This document shows positions 37,301 to 49,718 of a stretch of DNA of 64,000 nt, in pieces. The first letter of the stretch is position 1. Every line of letters begins with the position of its first letter. This stretch comes from Mizuhopecten yessoensis. Taxonomy: Eukaryota. Location: positions 382,462 through 446,461 of the forward strand of contig NW_018408922.1 of assembly GCF_002113885.1 (NCBI RefSeq). The letters are read 5' to 3'. Under the pieces are notes generated by a model that was not told the DNA's origin, made no database searches, and saw only the letters and a list, made by a program, of their open reading frames with translations. The position numbers and the translations under genes were made by a program.

Positions 37301-39015
37301 TACACTTTATTTTTTTGGGAAACTGGGGAACATGGCTTTCTCTGGATCAAAGTTAGGTAAAATGAACTCTACCTGTTTTTCTTACTTTTCTAAAGAATAC
37401 ATGATTTTTTCCGAGTCCTCATAGTTACAAAATCGCTATGCAAAATCTTAGGAAAATGTAATAGTGTTTTGCCCTTTTTTTTATTTATTTTTTAGTTTTA
37501 TCTTTCAAATTAAGAACAAAATTTCAATGTTATTAGGAAATATACATTTAGGAATCACCAAGACTTTACATTAATTATATAATTATAGTACAATGCATTT
37601 TCAGTTGTTTAAAATGGCACCACTTTTTATAATTTTACTAGCTGCGGGAACCGAAGTTTCTAGGCCCGATCCGATCCTTTTTTGGGGTTTTTTAAAGATT
37701 GGGCCTAGAAGCTACGGTTCCGCAGCTACAATTTTACAAGCAGACAGGACTTATGAGATATACTTTCTTAGTCAGTAGTACATATATGTAACAAAATTTT
37801 ACTGGGTTCAACATTATATTTCATTATTAGATAAAGATAAAAAGATGGCCTTATTTTCTACTTACCCTGTGACAAGATTGGGAAGTCAAGGAACTGCCCT
37901 ATTTGGTACACCTCCATGGCCTCATCTACTATGGTCATCTGTCCCTTGCCTGCCACGATTGCTTGAGCCTCGCTCAGACTACACATACTTGCACTTCCCC
38001 GTAGTATTAACGACAAATCTACCGTGTCCTGATATATTGCATTCAATAACACTCTCGCATAACGCCTAGGAATGACCGATTCGTCCAACACAATTCTAGT
38101 AGGTGTATGTAAAGTACGGTCAGTGATTTCCTCCCCTGACCGAGCTCTCCTCAGTAGAAGGTTCCTAAAGGATGGTGACCGAGCAGCCAGTATAGCTTTA
38201 TGGCAGTAGAGTTCATGCTGGGTCGTTTTGCAAGGAAAGTCATTGCTAGTGTATGACTCAGTCATCGATACAGACATTGGATCAGGCATGTCTGCCACTA
38301 AGTCGCAGGAAAATACTAGCACAGCATCCCTATAGTCACCAGTGTCTAACAGATTCCGTAAGTCCTGTTCTAGAGGATTCGGCATTCCAAACTCCTCTAC
38401 CAGCTTTATTAGCACTTTTTTGTGTTCGTGTTTTAAATCCTCTGTCTTTATGGAGTCAGTATACAGGTAACGTAGAAGCGACGCGAACAAGGTCACATCG
38501 ACTCCTGCTGTTCTGAAGTTGATGGGAACCTGCATATTAAAGTCTGGATACCTACTCAACAGGTTTCTGAAGTACGGACTCCTCATGGACAAGAGCGCCC
38601 GGTGGGCCGGAAAACATGCCCCTCGATACACAAGGTCGACATCTGAAGAGAACTTTTTATCGAACAAGTTTGTCAAATCCTGACGGAAGGAACTGGCTGG
38701 AGGTCTAGCAAGATTGGCTGCCAGAGCCACCTCCTTCAGAGAAGCCAACGCTTCGTACTCCTGTATCAGAGCCTTGACTTCAGCCAGGGACCAGGATGAA
38801 GTGAGGTCACGCAATGCCTTTCCGTAATCCAGAGATCGGCTGTGTCGCCGAGCTCTCGTTAGTTTCTTCCGTAATGTTGCAAACTTTGAGGCTTTTTTCT
38901 TCTTTTCGCGAACATTTATATCTGTATCAGATACTGTATAGGCATGAGCAAGTCTAGAGAAGGCGGCTCGAGCCACCTGCTGGGAACTCTCCGGAAAGGA
39001 GGAGTTGACTCCCAT
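31198..39015 (-). CDS. BTBD7: BTB/POZ domain-containing protein 7, 819 aa; join complement(37866..39015,37076..37284,35298..35373,34568..34878,33971..34154,31930..32306,31198..31350)
   Basis: MGVNSS myristoylation-type N-terminus; REKKKKASKFATLRKKL; two BTB domains (FPAHRALLSMRSPYF, LYCHKAILAARSPSF); BACK region (GCEDII..WVHRQALHYLREEF..SDFLQ, KWGEHQL, EPNLLSHTTHSISKKGVKKRDL). All intron phases are consistent. Confidence 0.93.
31930..32306 (-). CDS. BTBD7: BTBD7 coding exon 6
   Basis: VPDSNTLKLMLQREQEL...QLQLRTVREFGLPD...SRSKE. Confidence 0.87.
33971..34154 (-). CDS. BTBD7: BTBD7 coding exon 5
   Basis: SMRDEF...MSAIPDTLYMV...GTIP; CAG acceptor and GTAGGA donor. Confidence 0.88.
34568..34878 (-). 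CDS. BTBD7: BTBD7 coding exon 4
   Basis: EPNLLSHTTHS...PRIFTPYFEEAK. Confidence 0.92.
35298..35373 (-). CDS. BTBD7: BTBD7 coding exon 3 (76 nt)
   Basis: AGELDVLTAVLKWGEHQLIRRIEER; TTTTAG acceptor and GTACAG donor. Confidence 0.92.
35620..37075 (-). repeat. Tandem array of 55-nt and 29-nt units copied from the BTBD7 exon end and 5' splice site
   Basis: Plus-strand unit gatttacctgtaggaagtctgaactgaatgtctctatcaggtactcaacactgaa matches the exon end at 37076-37125 plus the donor; about 33 units. Confidence 0.95.
37076..37284 (-). CDS. BTBD7: BTBD7 coding exon 2 (209 nt)
   Basis: GCEDIIVENIGIDNLINILNWS...LSSDFLQ; CAG acceptor and CAG|GTAAAT donor. Confidence 0.93.
37639..37728. mobile_element. 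Small hairpin MITE in a BTBD7 intron
   Basis: TAGCTGCGGGAACCG..TAGGCCC / GGGCCTAG..CGGTTCCGCAGCTA; TA at both ends. Confidence 0.65.
37866..39015 (-). CDS. BTBD7: BTBD7 coding exon 1 (two BTB domains)
   Basis: ORF 37858..39015; Kozak-like CACCATGG; G|GTAAG donor. Confidence 0.95.
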
Positions 39016-41069
39016 GGTGAAGCCGAATGGTGCACAACCACTGATATCACCGATGTCAGTTAAAGGTCATTCTTGCAGGTCACTCAGCATTCTCAATCAT
39101 ACCTAACACAAAATGTGACGGGTCAGTTTTCATCTTTGTCACTCATATCTAAAAGGAAGAAAATGTAGAATAAGATAACAACAAAGATTTTAACAAAATT
39201 AAACCATCATAATACCACATCAACTTATGCATACATAGCAACAGACATCTTGTAACAGATCATACATATAATAGAAAAAGAAACAATCTCCACAACAAGT
39301 CTTTAGTACTTTCTTGTCATTAAGGATATTCTCAGTGGGACAGAGAAGTGGTGGATGAAATGTGGGACAACCACTTTAGTGATTGTTCGATAATCGGATA
39401 ACCATGTATAGAAGTAGGTGGATTAAAGAAGCTGGATAGTGGGACAAAAATACTAGTGGTAGCTGGATAGCTTTAGTGGGACAAGCAGATTACGGGTTGC
39501 TGGATAACTGAGGATGGAAAATATGACAACCAGATTAGCTGTAGATCAGAGATAGTGGGACAACTAGATTAGTGTAGGCTGGATAAATGAGGCTTATATG
39601 CATTTGAACGATCAGTTTAGTGATGGCTGTGACCATGACCATGGACTTAAAATGCTTGATAACACGAAGATATATATATTTCCCTGTAAGGAACCACATG
39701 GTCTTAATTAATATTAAATTCACTGTGAAGTCATCAGCCATATACACTGATGTTTACTATTTTATAAATAGACAAGGAAGACATCTGATACAGATGATGC
39801 TTCATATATGTGTGTACATTATATTGGATACATTAATGGGCGTATGTTACACTACCATTTGCTATTTCCTATATGAACCTGTCATAATAACAGATGTTGT
39901 GTTTTAATTCTAATTAAACTGTAAGTCTACATATGTAACGGTGAATGACTCACTCACAGTACACAGTACACTTGATATATCTATACAAGAACACCTACGT
40001 GTATAATTATATGAGAGAAAAAAAACAAGATTTTAACACAAATTGGAACATTTAAGGTCTGCAGGTACGTTTACATTAACACGCTGTACAATTAAAGTAA
40101 AATACACCTAGATGTACAGTGGTAACATATAAAGCGTTTATCTTTAATAAAGGCACCTTACATATGTACATGTCTATCAATATTGGTTTCACCTTTAATC
40201 ACAGGTATACCTACACTGTACACCAGAGTAATGAATGTAAAAACAGCCCCACACAATATACCTTGATAAACAGATCTATTTTTGGTCTTGTATAATGGTA
40301 CACACTAATATTTCCTGGGTTGACGAAACAAACATATTTTTCTTTTATTTTCTATATTGTATTTCATGCATCCTAATAATCGATAACCTTTTCCAGTAGC
40401 CAGTCTATATTTGCACATAAAGCCAGGGTGCATATATCAATATTAGCCAAACTTATGTACCTTAATAAATAATCGAATCAACATTTGTATATTACGTATT
40501 TACATTCATATGTTTGACAAACAATGCATCGTGATCGATGAACTGTCAGAGAAATATTAAAGTATATGTAGCCCCTAGCGCTGTATACAGTCCCACAAAT
40601 ACACAATAAACACATTCATATAGTGCAAAGTACAGTAATTAAATACACAGGTAAGAAGTGTGGTTGCGGAGACGTCTGCTTAAATTATCTATGCAACGTC
40701 TGTAAGATAGAATTTCACTTAATTTTTAAGAATTTTTAAATCAATCTTAAAAATCGAGATCACCAACAATATCCAAATGGAAAGATACAAGATAAATACA
40801 GTAAAATAGTTTATTACTACAATCATGTTTCAGCATTTTTTTAGCATTATTATGAGGGTTGGCGATACATAGAACAGTATGTTTAAGACAAGATAAAACA
40901 CAGACTTTCACATACATGTTTGCTGGTGGAAACGGCATAACTTACCTCACACTCTTTATCACAACAGAAATCATCAAGTAACAACAGCAGAGATTAAAGA
41001 CAAGTCCCATCGTGTATCACTTTTTACAACAACAAGCCTCTAAACACTTCTGTTTCACCTAGCTTTTTA

Positions 41070-44000
41070 ACACCTGTTTGTGTATCACACTGTATACCTA
41101 CATGTACACCTGTCTGTGTATTGCACTGTATACCTACACCTTTCTGTGTATCACTCTGTATACCTACACCTGTTTGTGTATCACACCTTGTATACCTACA
41201 CTTGTCTGTGTATTACACCTTGTATACCTACACCTGTCTGTGTATTGCACTGTAACCTTACACCTGTCTGTGTATCACACCTTGTATACCTACACCTGTC
41301 TGTGTATTACACCTTGTATACCTACACATGTCTGTGTATCAAACCTTGTATACCTACACCTGTCTGTGTATCACACCTTGTATACCTACACATGTCCGTG
41401 TATCAAACCTTGTATACCTACACCTGTCTGTGTATCACACCTTGTATACCTTCACCTGTCTTTGTATCACACCTTGTATACCTACACCTGTCTGTGTATC
41501 ACACCTTGTATACCTATACCTGTCTGTGTATCACACCTTGTATACCTTCACCTGTCTGTGTATCACACCTTGTATACCTACACCTGTCTGTGTATCACAC
41601 CTTGTATACCTACACCTGTCTGTGTATCACTCTGTATACCCACATTTGTCTGCAGTGTATCACAACTTGTATACCTACACCTGTCTGTGTATCACTCTGT
41701 ATACCCACATTTGTCTGCAGTGTATCACAACTTGTATACCTACACCTGTCTGTGTATCACTCTGTATACCCACATTTGTCTGCAGTGTATCACAACTTGT
41801 ATACCTACACCTGTCTGTGTATCACTCTGTATACCCACATTTGTCTGCAGTGTATCACAACTTGTATACCTACACCTGTCTGTGTATCACAACTTGTATA
41901 CCTACACCTGTCTGTGTATCACTCTGTATACCCACATTTGTCTGCTGTGTATCACAACTTGTATACCTACACCTGTCTGTGTATCACTCTGTATACCCAC
42001 ATTTGTCTGCAGTGTATCACAACTTGTATACCTACACCTGTCTGTGTATCACTCTGTATACCCACATTTGTCTGCAGTGTATCACAACTTGTATACCTAC
42101 ACCTGTCTGTGTATCACTCTGTATACCCACATTTGTCTGCAGTGTATCACAACTTGTATACCTACACCTGTCTGTGTATCACTCTGTATACCCACATTTG
42201 TCTGCAGTGTATCACAACTTGTATACCTACACCTGTCTGTGTATCACTCTGTATACCCACATTTGTCTGCAGTGTATCACAACTTGTATACCTACACCTG
42301 TCTGTGTATCACTCTGTATACCCACATTTGTCTGCAGTGTATCACAACTTGTATACCTACACCTGTCTGTGTATCACTCTGTATACCCACATTTGTCTGC
42401 AGTGTATCACAACTTGTATACCTACACCTGTCTGTGTATCACTCTGTATACCCACATTTGTCTGCAGTGTATCACAACTTGTATACCTACACCTGTCTGT
42501 GTATCACTCTGTATACCCACATTTGTCTGCAGTGTATCACAACTTGTATACCTACACCTGTCTGTGTATCACTCTGTATACCCACATTTGTCTGCAGTGT
42601 ATCACAACTTGTATACCTACACCTGTCTGTGTATCACTCTGTATACCCACATTTGTCTGCAGTGTATCACAACTTGTATACCTACACCTGTCTGTGTATC
42701 ACTCTGTATACCCACATTTGTCTGCAGTGTATCACAACTTGTATACCTACACCTGTCTGTGTATCACTCTGTATACCCACATTTGTCTGCAGTGTATCAC
42801 AACTTGTATACCTACACCTGTCTGTGTATCACTCTGTATACCCACATTTGTCTGCAGTGTATCACAACTTGTATACCTACACCTGTCTGTGTATCACAAC
42901 TTGTATACCTACACCTGTCTGTGTATCACTCTGTATACCCACATTTGTCTGCAGTGTATCACAACTTGTATACCTACACCTGTCTGTGTATCACAACTTG
43001 TATACCTACACCTGTCTGTGTATCACTCTGTATACCCACATTTGTCTGCAGTGTATCACAACTTGTATACCTACACCTGTCTGTGTATCACTCTGTATAC
43101 CTACACCTGTCTGTGTATCACACCTTGTATACCTACACCTGTCTGTGTATCAATCTGTAACCCTACACCTGTCTGTGTATCACACCTTGTATACCTACAC
43201 CTGTCTGTGTATCACACCTTGTATACCTACACCTGTCTGTGTATCACACCTTGTATACCTACACCTGTCTGTGTATCAATCTGTATACCTACACCTGTCT
43301 GTGTATCACACCTTGTATACCTACACCTGTTTGTGTATCAATCTGTATACCCACACCTGTCTGTGTATCACAACTTGTATACCTACACCTGTCTGTGTAT
43401 CACTCTGTATACCTACACCACACCTGTCTGTGTATCACACCTTGTATACCTACACCTGTCTGTGTATCACACCTTGTATACCTACTTCTGTCTGTGTATC
43501 ACACCTTGTAAACCTACACCTGTCTGTGTATTGCACTGTATACTTACACCTGTCTGTGTATCACATTGTATACCTACAATTGTCTGTGTATCACTCTGTA
43601 TACCCACACCTGTCTGTGTATCACACCTTGTATACCTACAACTGTCCAAGCTGTTTACCTACACCTGTCTGTGTATCACACCATGTATACCTACACTGGT
43701 ATACCTGTCTGTGTATCACACCATGTATACCTACACCTGTCTGTGTATCATACTGTATACCTACACTTGTCTGTGTATCACACCTTGTATACCTACACCT
43801 ATCTGTGTATCACACTGCATACATACACTTGTCTGTGTATCACACCTTGCATACCTATACTTGTGTGTGTATCACACCTTGTATACCAACACCTGTCCCT
43901 GTATTGCACTGTATACTTATTACACCTGTCTGTGTATCACTCTGTATACCTACACCTGTCTGTGTATCACTCTGTATACCCACACCTGTCTGTGTATCAC

Positions 44001-44600
44001 ACCTTGTATACCTACACCTGTCTGTGTATTGCACTGTATACCTACACCTGTCTGTGTATTGCACTGTATGCCTACACCTGTCTGTGTATCACTCTGTATA
44101 CCCACATTTGTCTGCAGTGTATCACACCTTGTATGCCTACACCTGTCTGTGTATCACTCTGTATACCCACACCTGTCTGTGTATCACACCTTGTATACCT
44201 ACACCTGTCTGTGTATTGCACTGTATACCTACACCTGTCTGTGTATTGCACTGTATGCCTACACCTGTCTGTGTATCACTCTGTATACCCACATTTGTCT
44301 GCAGTGTATCACACCTTGTATGCCTACACCTGTCTGTGTATCACTCTGTATACCCACACCTGTCTGTGTATCACACCTTGTATACCTACACCTGTCTGTG
44401 TATTGCACTGTATACCTACACCTGTCTGTGTATTGCACTGTATGCCTACACCTGTCTGTGTATCACTCTGTATACCCACATTTGTCTGCAGTGTATCACA
44501 ACTTGTATACCTACACCTGTCTGTGTATCACTCTGTATATATACATACACCTGTCTGTATATCACACCTTGTATACCTACACATGTTTCACCTTCTATAC
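41070..44600. repeat. Minisatellite (30/32/35-nt monomers; 65-nt higher-order dimer in the core)
   Basis: Variants of tatacctacacctgtctgtgtatcacaccttg; near-perfect 65-nt period at about 41610-43060. Confidence 0.97.
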
Positions 44601-47600
44601 TTATCTAGGTAATAGTGACACAGCACAAAATAACTAGGTATATGTATATTAACTTTTTAAGAACAACATATTTCTATCTTTGTAGATCTTTAGCAATTAT
44701 AGGACATCTTCAAGCACAAATGTATAAGATTTTGTTTACAATACTTGCATATGTCAAGAAAATAGAAACTCAAAAGCCTTTCATAAGAATGTCTGATAAT
44801 TACTGAAATCTTACCACTTGACTGCATAAGCTAAATAGAAACCCAGTCGTAGAAACACTATATATATTCTCTATATAGATTAAATATAACCATCAATCAT
44901 CATGTGTACAATACTTACACTCCAGTCAAGTACATGTGTCAATATGTAGTGTAGAGACTAATTTTGATTAGTGATCTAACTTTGTAATAGCTTTTGGCAG
45001 TGCTGTATGCATGGCCCCTACGTACACATAGCTGCAGTTTTAAACTCCGGCTTTCGTGGCATTTTAATCTCCATGAAGCAAGATTTTTTTTGCATGTGTG
45101 TGAACACTAAGATTTGTTTACAATACAGTCTAAAAGCTATGTTTAGGATGTGTTTAATTATGGAACATCTGCCCTACAACAAAACATGTTCTGTATTCTG
45201 TATATATGTAAATCTGTGTCATGCACAAAGTATATACCTATAACTTTTACGTTGTAGGAGTTGAAATGTCTGATATTCATTAGAACCTTACCCTGGCTTT
45301 CGTTGCCAGCCCGACTTCAAAGTAGCAGCAGAGATCTCCCTGATTTATCAGTTAAGGGCTCCACCCCTCCCACAGATATATAGGGCGGAGACTCCCTTTC
45401 ACTTTAGCTAACTAGAACTAAAACATGACCCCCATTGCAACTGCTGCAGTCTCATATTTCTTCATTTTATCAAGCCAGTATGTCCAGATTAAACTGGCTC
45501 CTGTAAATGATGTGATGGGCAAATTGTAAACAACTTCAAAAACTGTTGATAGCGGGATTCCTCTAAACAGCAGAGATTCCATCAAAGCTATCTGGGGATG
45601 TTTTAGACCAAGCATATGGCACTAAACAGACAATAGAGACAAAGATTTCAGTTTAAGGCCAAGGAAAAAAATGCTGTTGCTAGGTATAAGCATACGTCTT
45701 AATTATCAAAGCTTGTAAACAAATCCAGAATGTTGGTGTCTTTATTCTATTTTTTGCTAATTTTTGGGAACAAAATTGTTTAAGATTCCTGTTTTAATTT
45801 ACAGAATTTAATATTACTGATTTACTGTGGAAAAAAAGGTAAGAATTTTCACAAAACATTTTAAGGAAGAGAACATGCAGACTGCACACAACAATTGAAC
45901 ACTTTTGTCAATGCCTCCATTACAAAGTTTACCTATCAGTATATATATATATTCACTGTGAAATAGAAAATACATTATTCATGACACTTTTGATTTCCTT
46001 TAAAAAAATAAAGATATTCATTTTGGGAAATTTCGAAATAGTTTACCATTAATATAATTCAACATCGAATAATGGCTAAATGTTTACCCAAATGATACCC
46101 ACCCCCCCACCCCCCCAGTGATGTAAGAACAGAAATATCACACACACATCATTACATGTATGTATACACTTCTTTTTAAGATAACCAAGAAAGTATACCT
46201 CACTTTTAATCAATCACTGATTGTGCATGTGTTTCATATGATAATTCCAAGTGAAACATGTTTTTATCGACTTGGCCTTTGGCATACTGTTTGGTGTACT
46301 GCTAGTATATTTATCAAACAAGTTAAACAGCCTTGGAATATCTAATGCAGTCTGTAAATCGGTCGCATGAACAGAACAACACTGATACAATACTGACCTA
46401 TATAGGGTTTAGAACTTATCTTTTTAATAAAAAATTGCTGTGTTCATTATCTGAAAAAATATCATGATGTCGGTCAACTAAGATGTTCTGTCATTATCCA
46501 TGATATCTGTAACTGTATGATACTGGAACATGCGTTCCCGAAATCGCTGTTGCCTAAAAACAAGTTTCAGTTACCAGGTACTATTTTTATAGGACTTTGA
46601 CCCATAATTTGGGCTTTTCATATGTATATTATCTTTTAAGAATGTGGACCTGGATATTTTTTTTAACTAAGATAGTGCGAAATGTAGTACAGTACATTTA
46701 CATTACAGGTAGATGTTATATCTTAGAATGCAGTTTTTAAAATTTATCAATATTTACACTATAAAATGTTTGTAAAATATCGGTCAAATGAATATGGTAT
46801 TGGGATTAATTTCTGGTTCCATTGACTGACTGAGACTGACATGGTCCATCAAGTCTTGAAAGTATGAACAAATTCAAACTGAATGTAACACTGCTTTCAC
46901 GATCAGTTCTTGAGATAAATTATATGAACATCTGAGAGAATGGTACCGGTACATTAAATTGAAGATTGATTTATGGTAAATAATTAAAAAAAAATGTAAC
47001 AGCAAAGTTTAAGGAAACACAAATGTTGTGGAAATCTAATCTTGCTTTTAAAATTATTCATTAAACATACAGGAGATACATTTCAATCAAAAGAGCAGTT
47101 TTCTTCAGAAAATTTTGGAACTCAGTTATGCTTTAATTTCCCTGTGGGATTCACCGCCCATTTTGAGAACCCATTATATCTCTTAGTAATGGAAATCATC
47201 AAAATCTTGTTAAAGATGTTCAGGTCTCACCTGAAAGTCTACAAAAATCACTGACGTTTGGTCACAACCTTTCGTTAGTGGGTGTCATGCACACCATTTT
47301 AAATTACAAAATGCCAAAACTATTATTTGGCGGTCCTGTTAAAAGTTAAACTTCCAATGTAAACATGTATGTTATATATGTGAATGTTGATTTAACACAC
47401 TGCTATTCTCCTATGGGACTCAATACATAAATACTATTCAGTGAATTCTACAAATTCAATGTGCAGTTCTTTAATCAAGGACTGTTGCCAGAAGAATCAA
47501 CAGTTTCTTGTATCTATGTTGTAACGTCTCAGTGGGATAACACTATAAAAGAGTCATGATTCTAAATGCTTCAAACTCAAAGTGAAAATTATAACTCTCA

Positions 47601-48640
47601 ATTTAAACTGTCTCAATTGCATAACACCTATTTACAAAATTTACAAAATTGTATATAGTATAAATTGTATTTGCTGTCTCAATCTCCTAATATAACCTCA
47701 TAAATTCCACAGGACCAATCTCTCGTACTCACTATCAGACACTGTAGTAGTATAGCTGTTAATATTTAAATCTCAAAGAACAGATCTCTAGTCCATGACT
47801 CTCAATCGATGCATGGTACTGATCTAACGCTCCTTAGGCCATGAGCAAGGAATAAATGTACGACTATCAACATAGACTAAAATAATTGTTTTCTCAAATA
47901 CTGCCGTTTGCCCCTTTCCTTGTTGATTATGATAGTCCACAAGTATTTTAAAGCAAAATCAAATGAAATTGTATGTTATATCAATAACATCTCTTAAAAA
48001 AAAAAAAAATCACCTCGCGCACACCTACATAAAATTCTTCCTACTGCAAAATTGAGGGTGAAACACGAAGAAAAGTTTTTAATCAATAGAAACATTTAAA
48101 ACAATATTTATAACACAAAAATATATTTTTATATTAGGGCAAAACAAACTTTCACATTAGGGTGAAATGACCTGTTGTGCAAACAGGATTTGGGGTGAAA
48201 CGACCCAGATCCGTACTACTCTGAAAAAAGATACATATTGAAAGGGTGTCAGGTCATTGTCAAGTCCTGTTCACCCTTGGTTGTTTCGCACTAAGTTGTT
48301 TCGCCCTTAAATATTTCTAGAGTGAAATAGTTTAGTCCTGTTTAGTTGTGTATGGTAAAGACAGTCTAATCTCAAGCTTTTCTATATATATCTCTTTTAG
48401 CCTTTTTTGTCATTAGACTCGTTAGATTTGTATGTGGTTGAACGGATCTGCACATACAATTGTAGCTACACCTGCATTCTTCCGACAACACAATTGTTTG
48501 TGATACAAAAAATAAAACGCTTTTTAATTAATTTTAAACATTTCAACAGATATTTATCACTTAAAAATATACATATATATATATTAGGGCAAAACAACCT
48601 TGGACGAACTGGATTTAGGGGGAAACAACCCGGATCCATT

Positions 48641-48754
48641 GAAAGTGCATGTCCAGACTGGGAGTCAGGCCTGAGACCTTCTGAACTCAAGAAAGATGCA
48701 CTACCAATTGAGCTATCTGGTTGCTGACGAATGACCCAGTCCAGTTCCTCTACA
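48641..48754 (-). mobile_element. Solo LTR-like fragment of the tRNA-LTR TRIM family
   Basis: Minus strand begins TGTAGAGGAACTGGACTGGGT and contains TAGCTCAATTGGTAG; similar to 56430-56560. Confidence 0.5.
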
Positions 48755-49279
48755 AATTGATTGCAAACCTCTATTAATAGTATTATAAATAAAGTGAATA
48801 AAAATACGTTTCGCTTCATGAGATTTCACCCTCACCTGCAATTTACATTTTTCTTATAGCCATAACGTCACATCAATATATTCAGCACAGGTGCACATCA
48901 TATAAGTATGACCAGCACCTGTATTATTCCGTTCATCTGTCATCTGGATACCAAATGCCCAATGGGTGACATTTTGAAATGGGAATACATCTATTAACGA
49001 AATTAGGACGAACAGGAAAGGGTGAAAGATCCCGGGAGATAATACGTCTCAGTGCAAATGAAAAGGGATTCCCATTTGGTTGAAAGTGTCTCCCTGGACC
49101 GGCCCCTACTTCGTACACGAATCGATGTAAGACTTATCATGACACCAGTGTGTAATGTACAATATACACAGTCAACACTGTGTTGTTTACTGCTCAGAGT
49201 TATGAAGACAACGGCACATAAGATACGATTCAGCCTTTTAGATTATTTTAGACATCATATCTGTTCTTTCCTAACTTAC

Positions 49280-49370
49280 CATGTCTGTTCTCCCGACTAA
49301 TGAAAAGAATAGTTCGCTCTTTAAAACGATAGCATTCCCTTCACCTTTTCCTTGACGTTCACATTCACTA
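49280..49370 (-). other. BTBD7: Probable non-coding first exon of BTBD7
   Basis: Strong donor gacATG|GTAAGT at 49280/49279 on the minus strand, about 300 bp from the COX8 start. The 5' end is a guess. Confidence 0.5.
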
Positions 49371-49595
49371 CAATTTTCTCATGACGTTAATTCCGCAGCA
49401 AATAAAATTAAAAAAATATATAAATGCATTTATTCTTTCCGTTATAAATTCAAATTTATTCTTATGTTTTAACCCTAGACGAAAATAAATATCAAAGATA
49501 TTTAGAAAAATATTTGTATTCTTTTGATTATAACATTTTCTGCGGACTAGTAAATCCGCCATTATACAATCTTTCATTCACGATCAGCTCTCACG
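49370..49595. promoter_or_regulatory. Putative bidirectional promoter between BTBD7 and COX8
   Basis: Short AT-rich interval between divergent first exons; YY1-like CCGCCATT at 49556-49563. Confidence 0.45.
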
Positions 49596-49718
49596 ATGGC
49601 GGGTGTAATGAGAGGTGTTGTGGGCGTTGCGTCCAGAATGTCCAGAGTATCGCCTGTAAAAACTCAAGTGAGGACCCTGCTGAACCCAAGTTTACCAGTG
49701 ACCCCACTGACCAAAGCA
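49596..49718 (+). CDS. COX8: COX8-like exon 1 (targeting peptide)
   Basis: cacgATGG start; GCA|GTAAGT donor. Confidence 0.85.

Noticed and set aside
41078-44637. 1176-, 1185-, 610- and 348-aa Cys/Tyr/Thr-rich ORFs
   Set aside because: The same 65-aa repeat appears in all three frames because a stop-free 65-nt satellite cycles through frames; it lies antisense in a BTBD7 intron.
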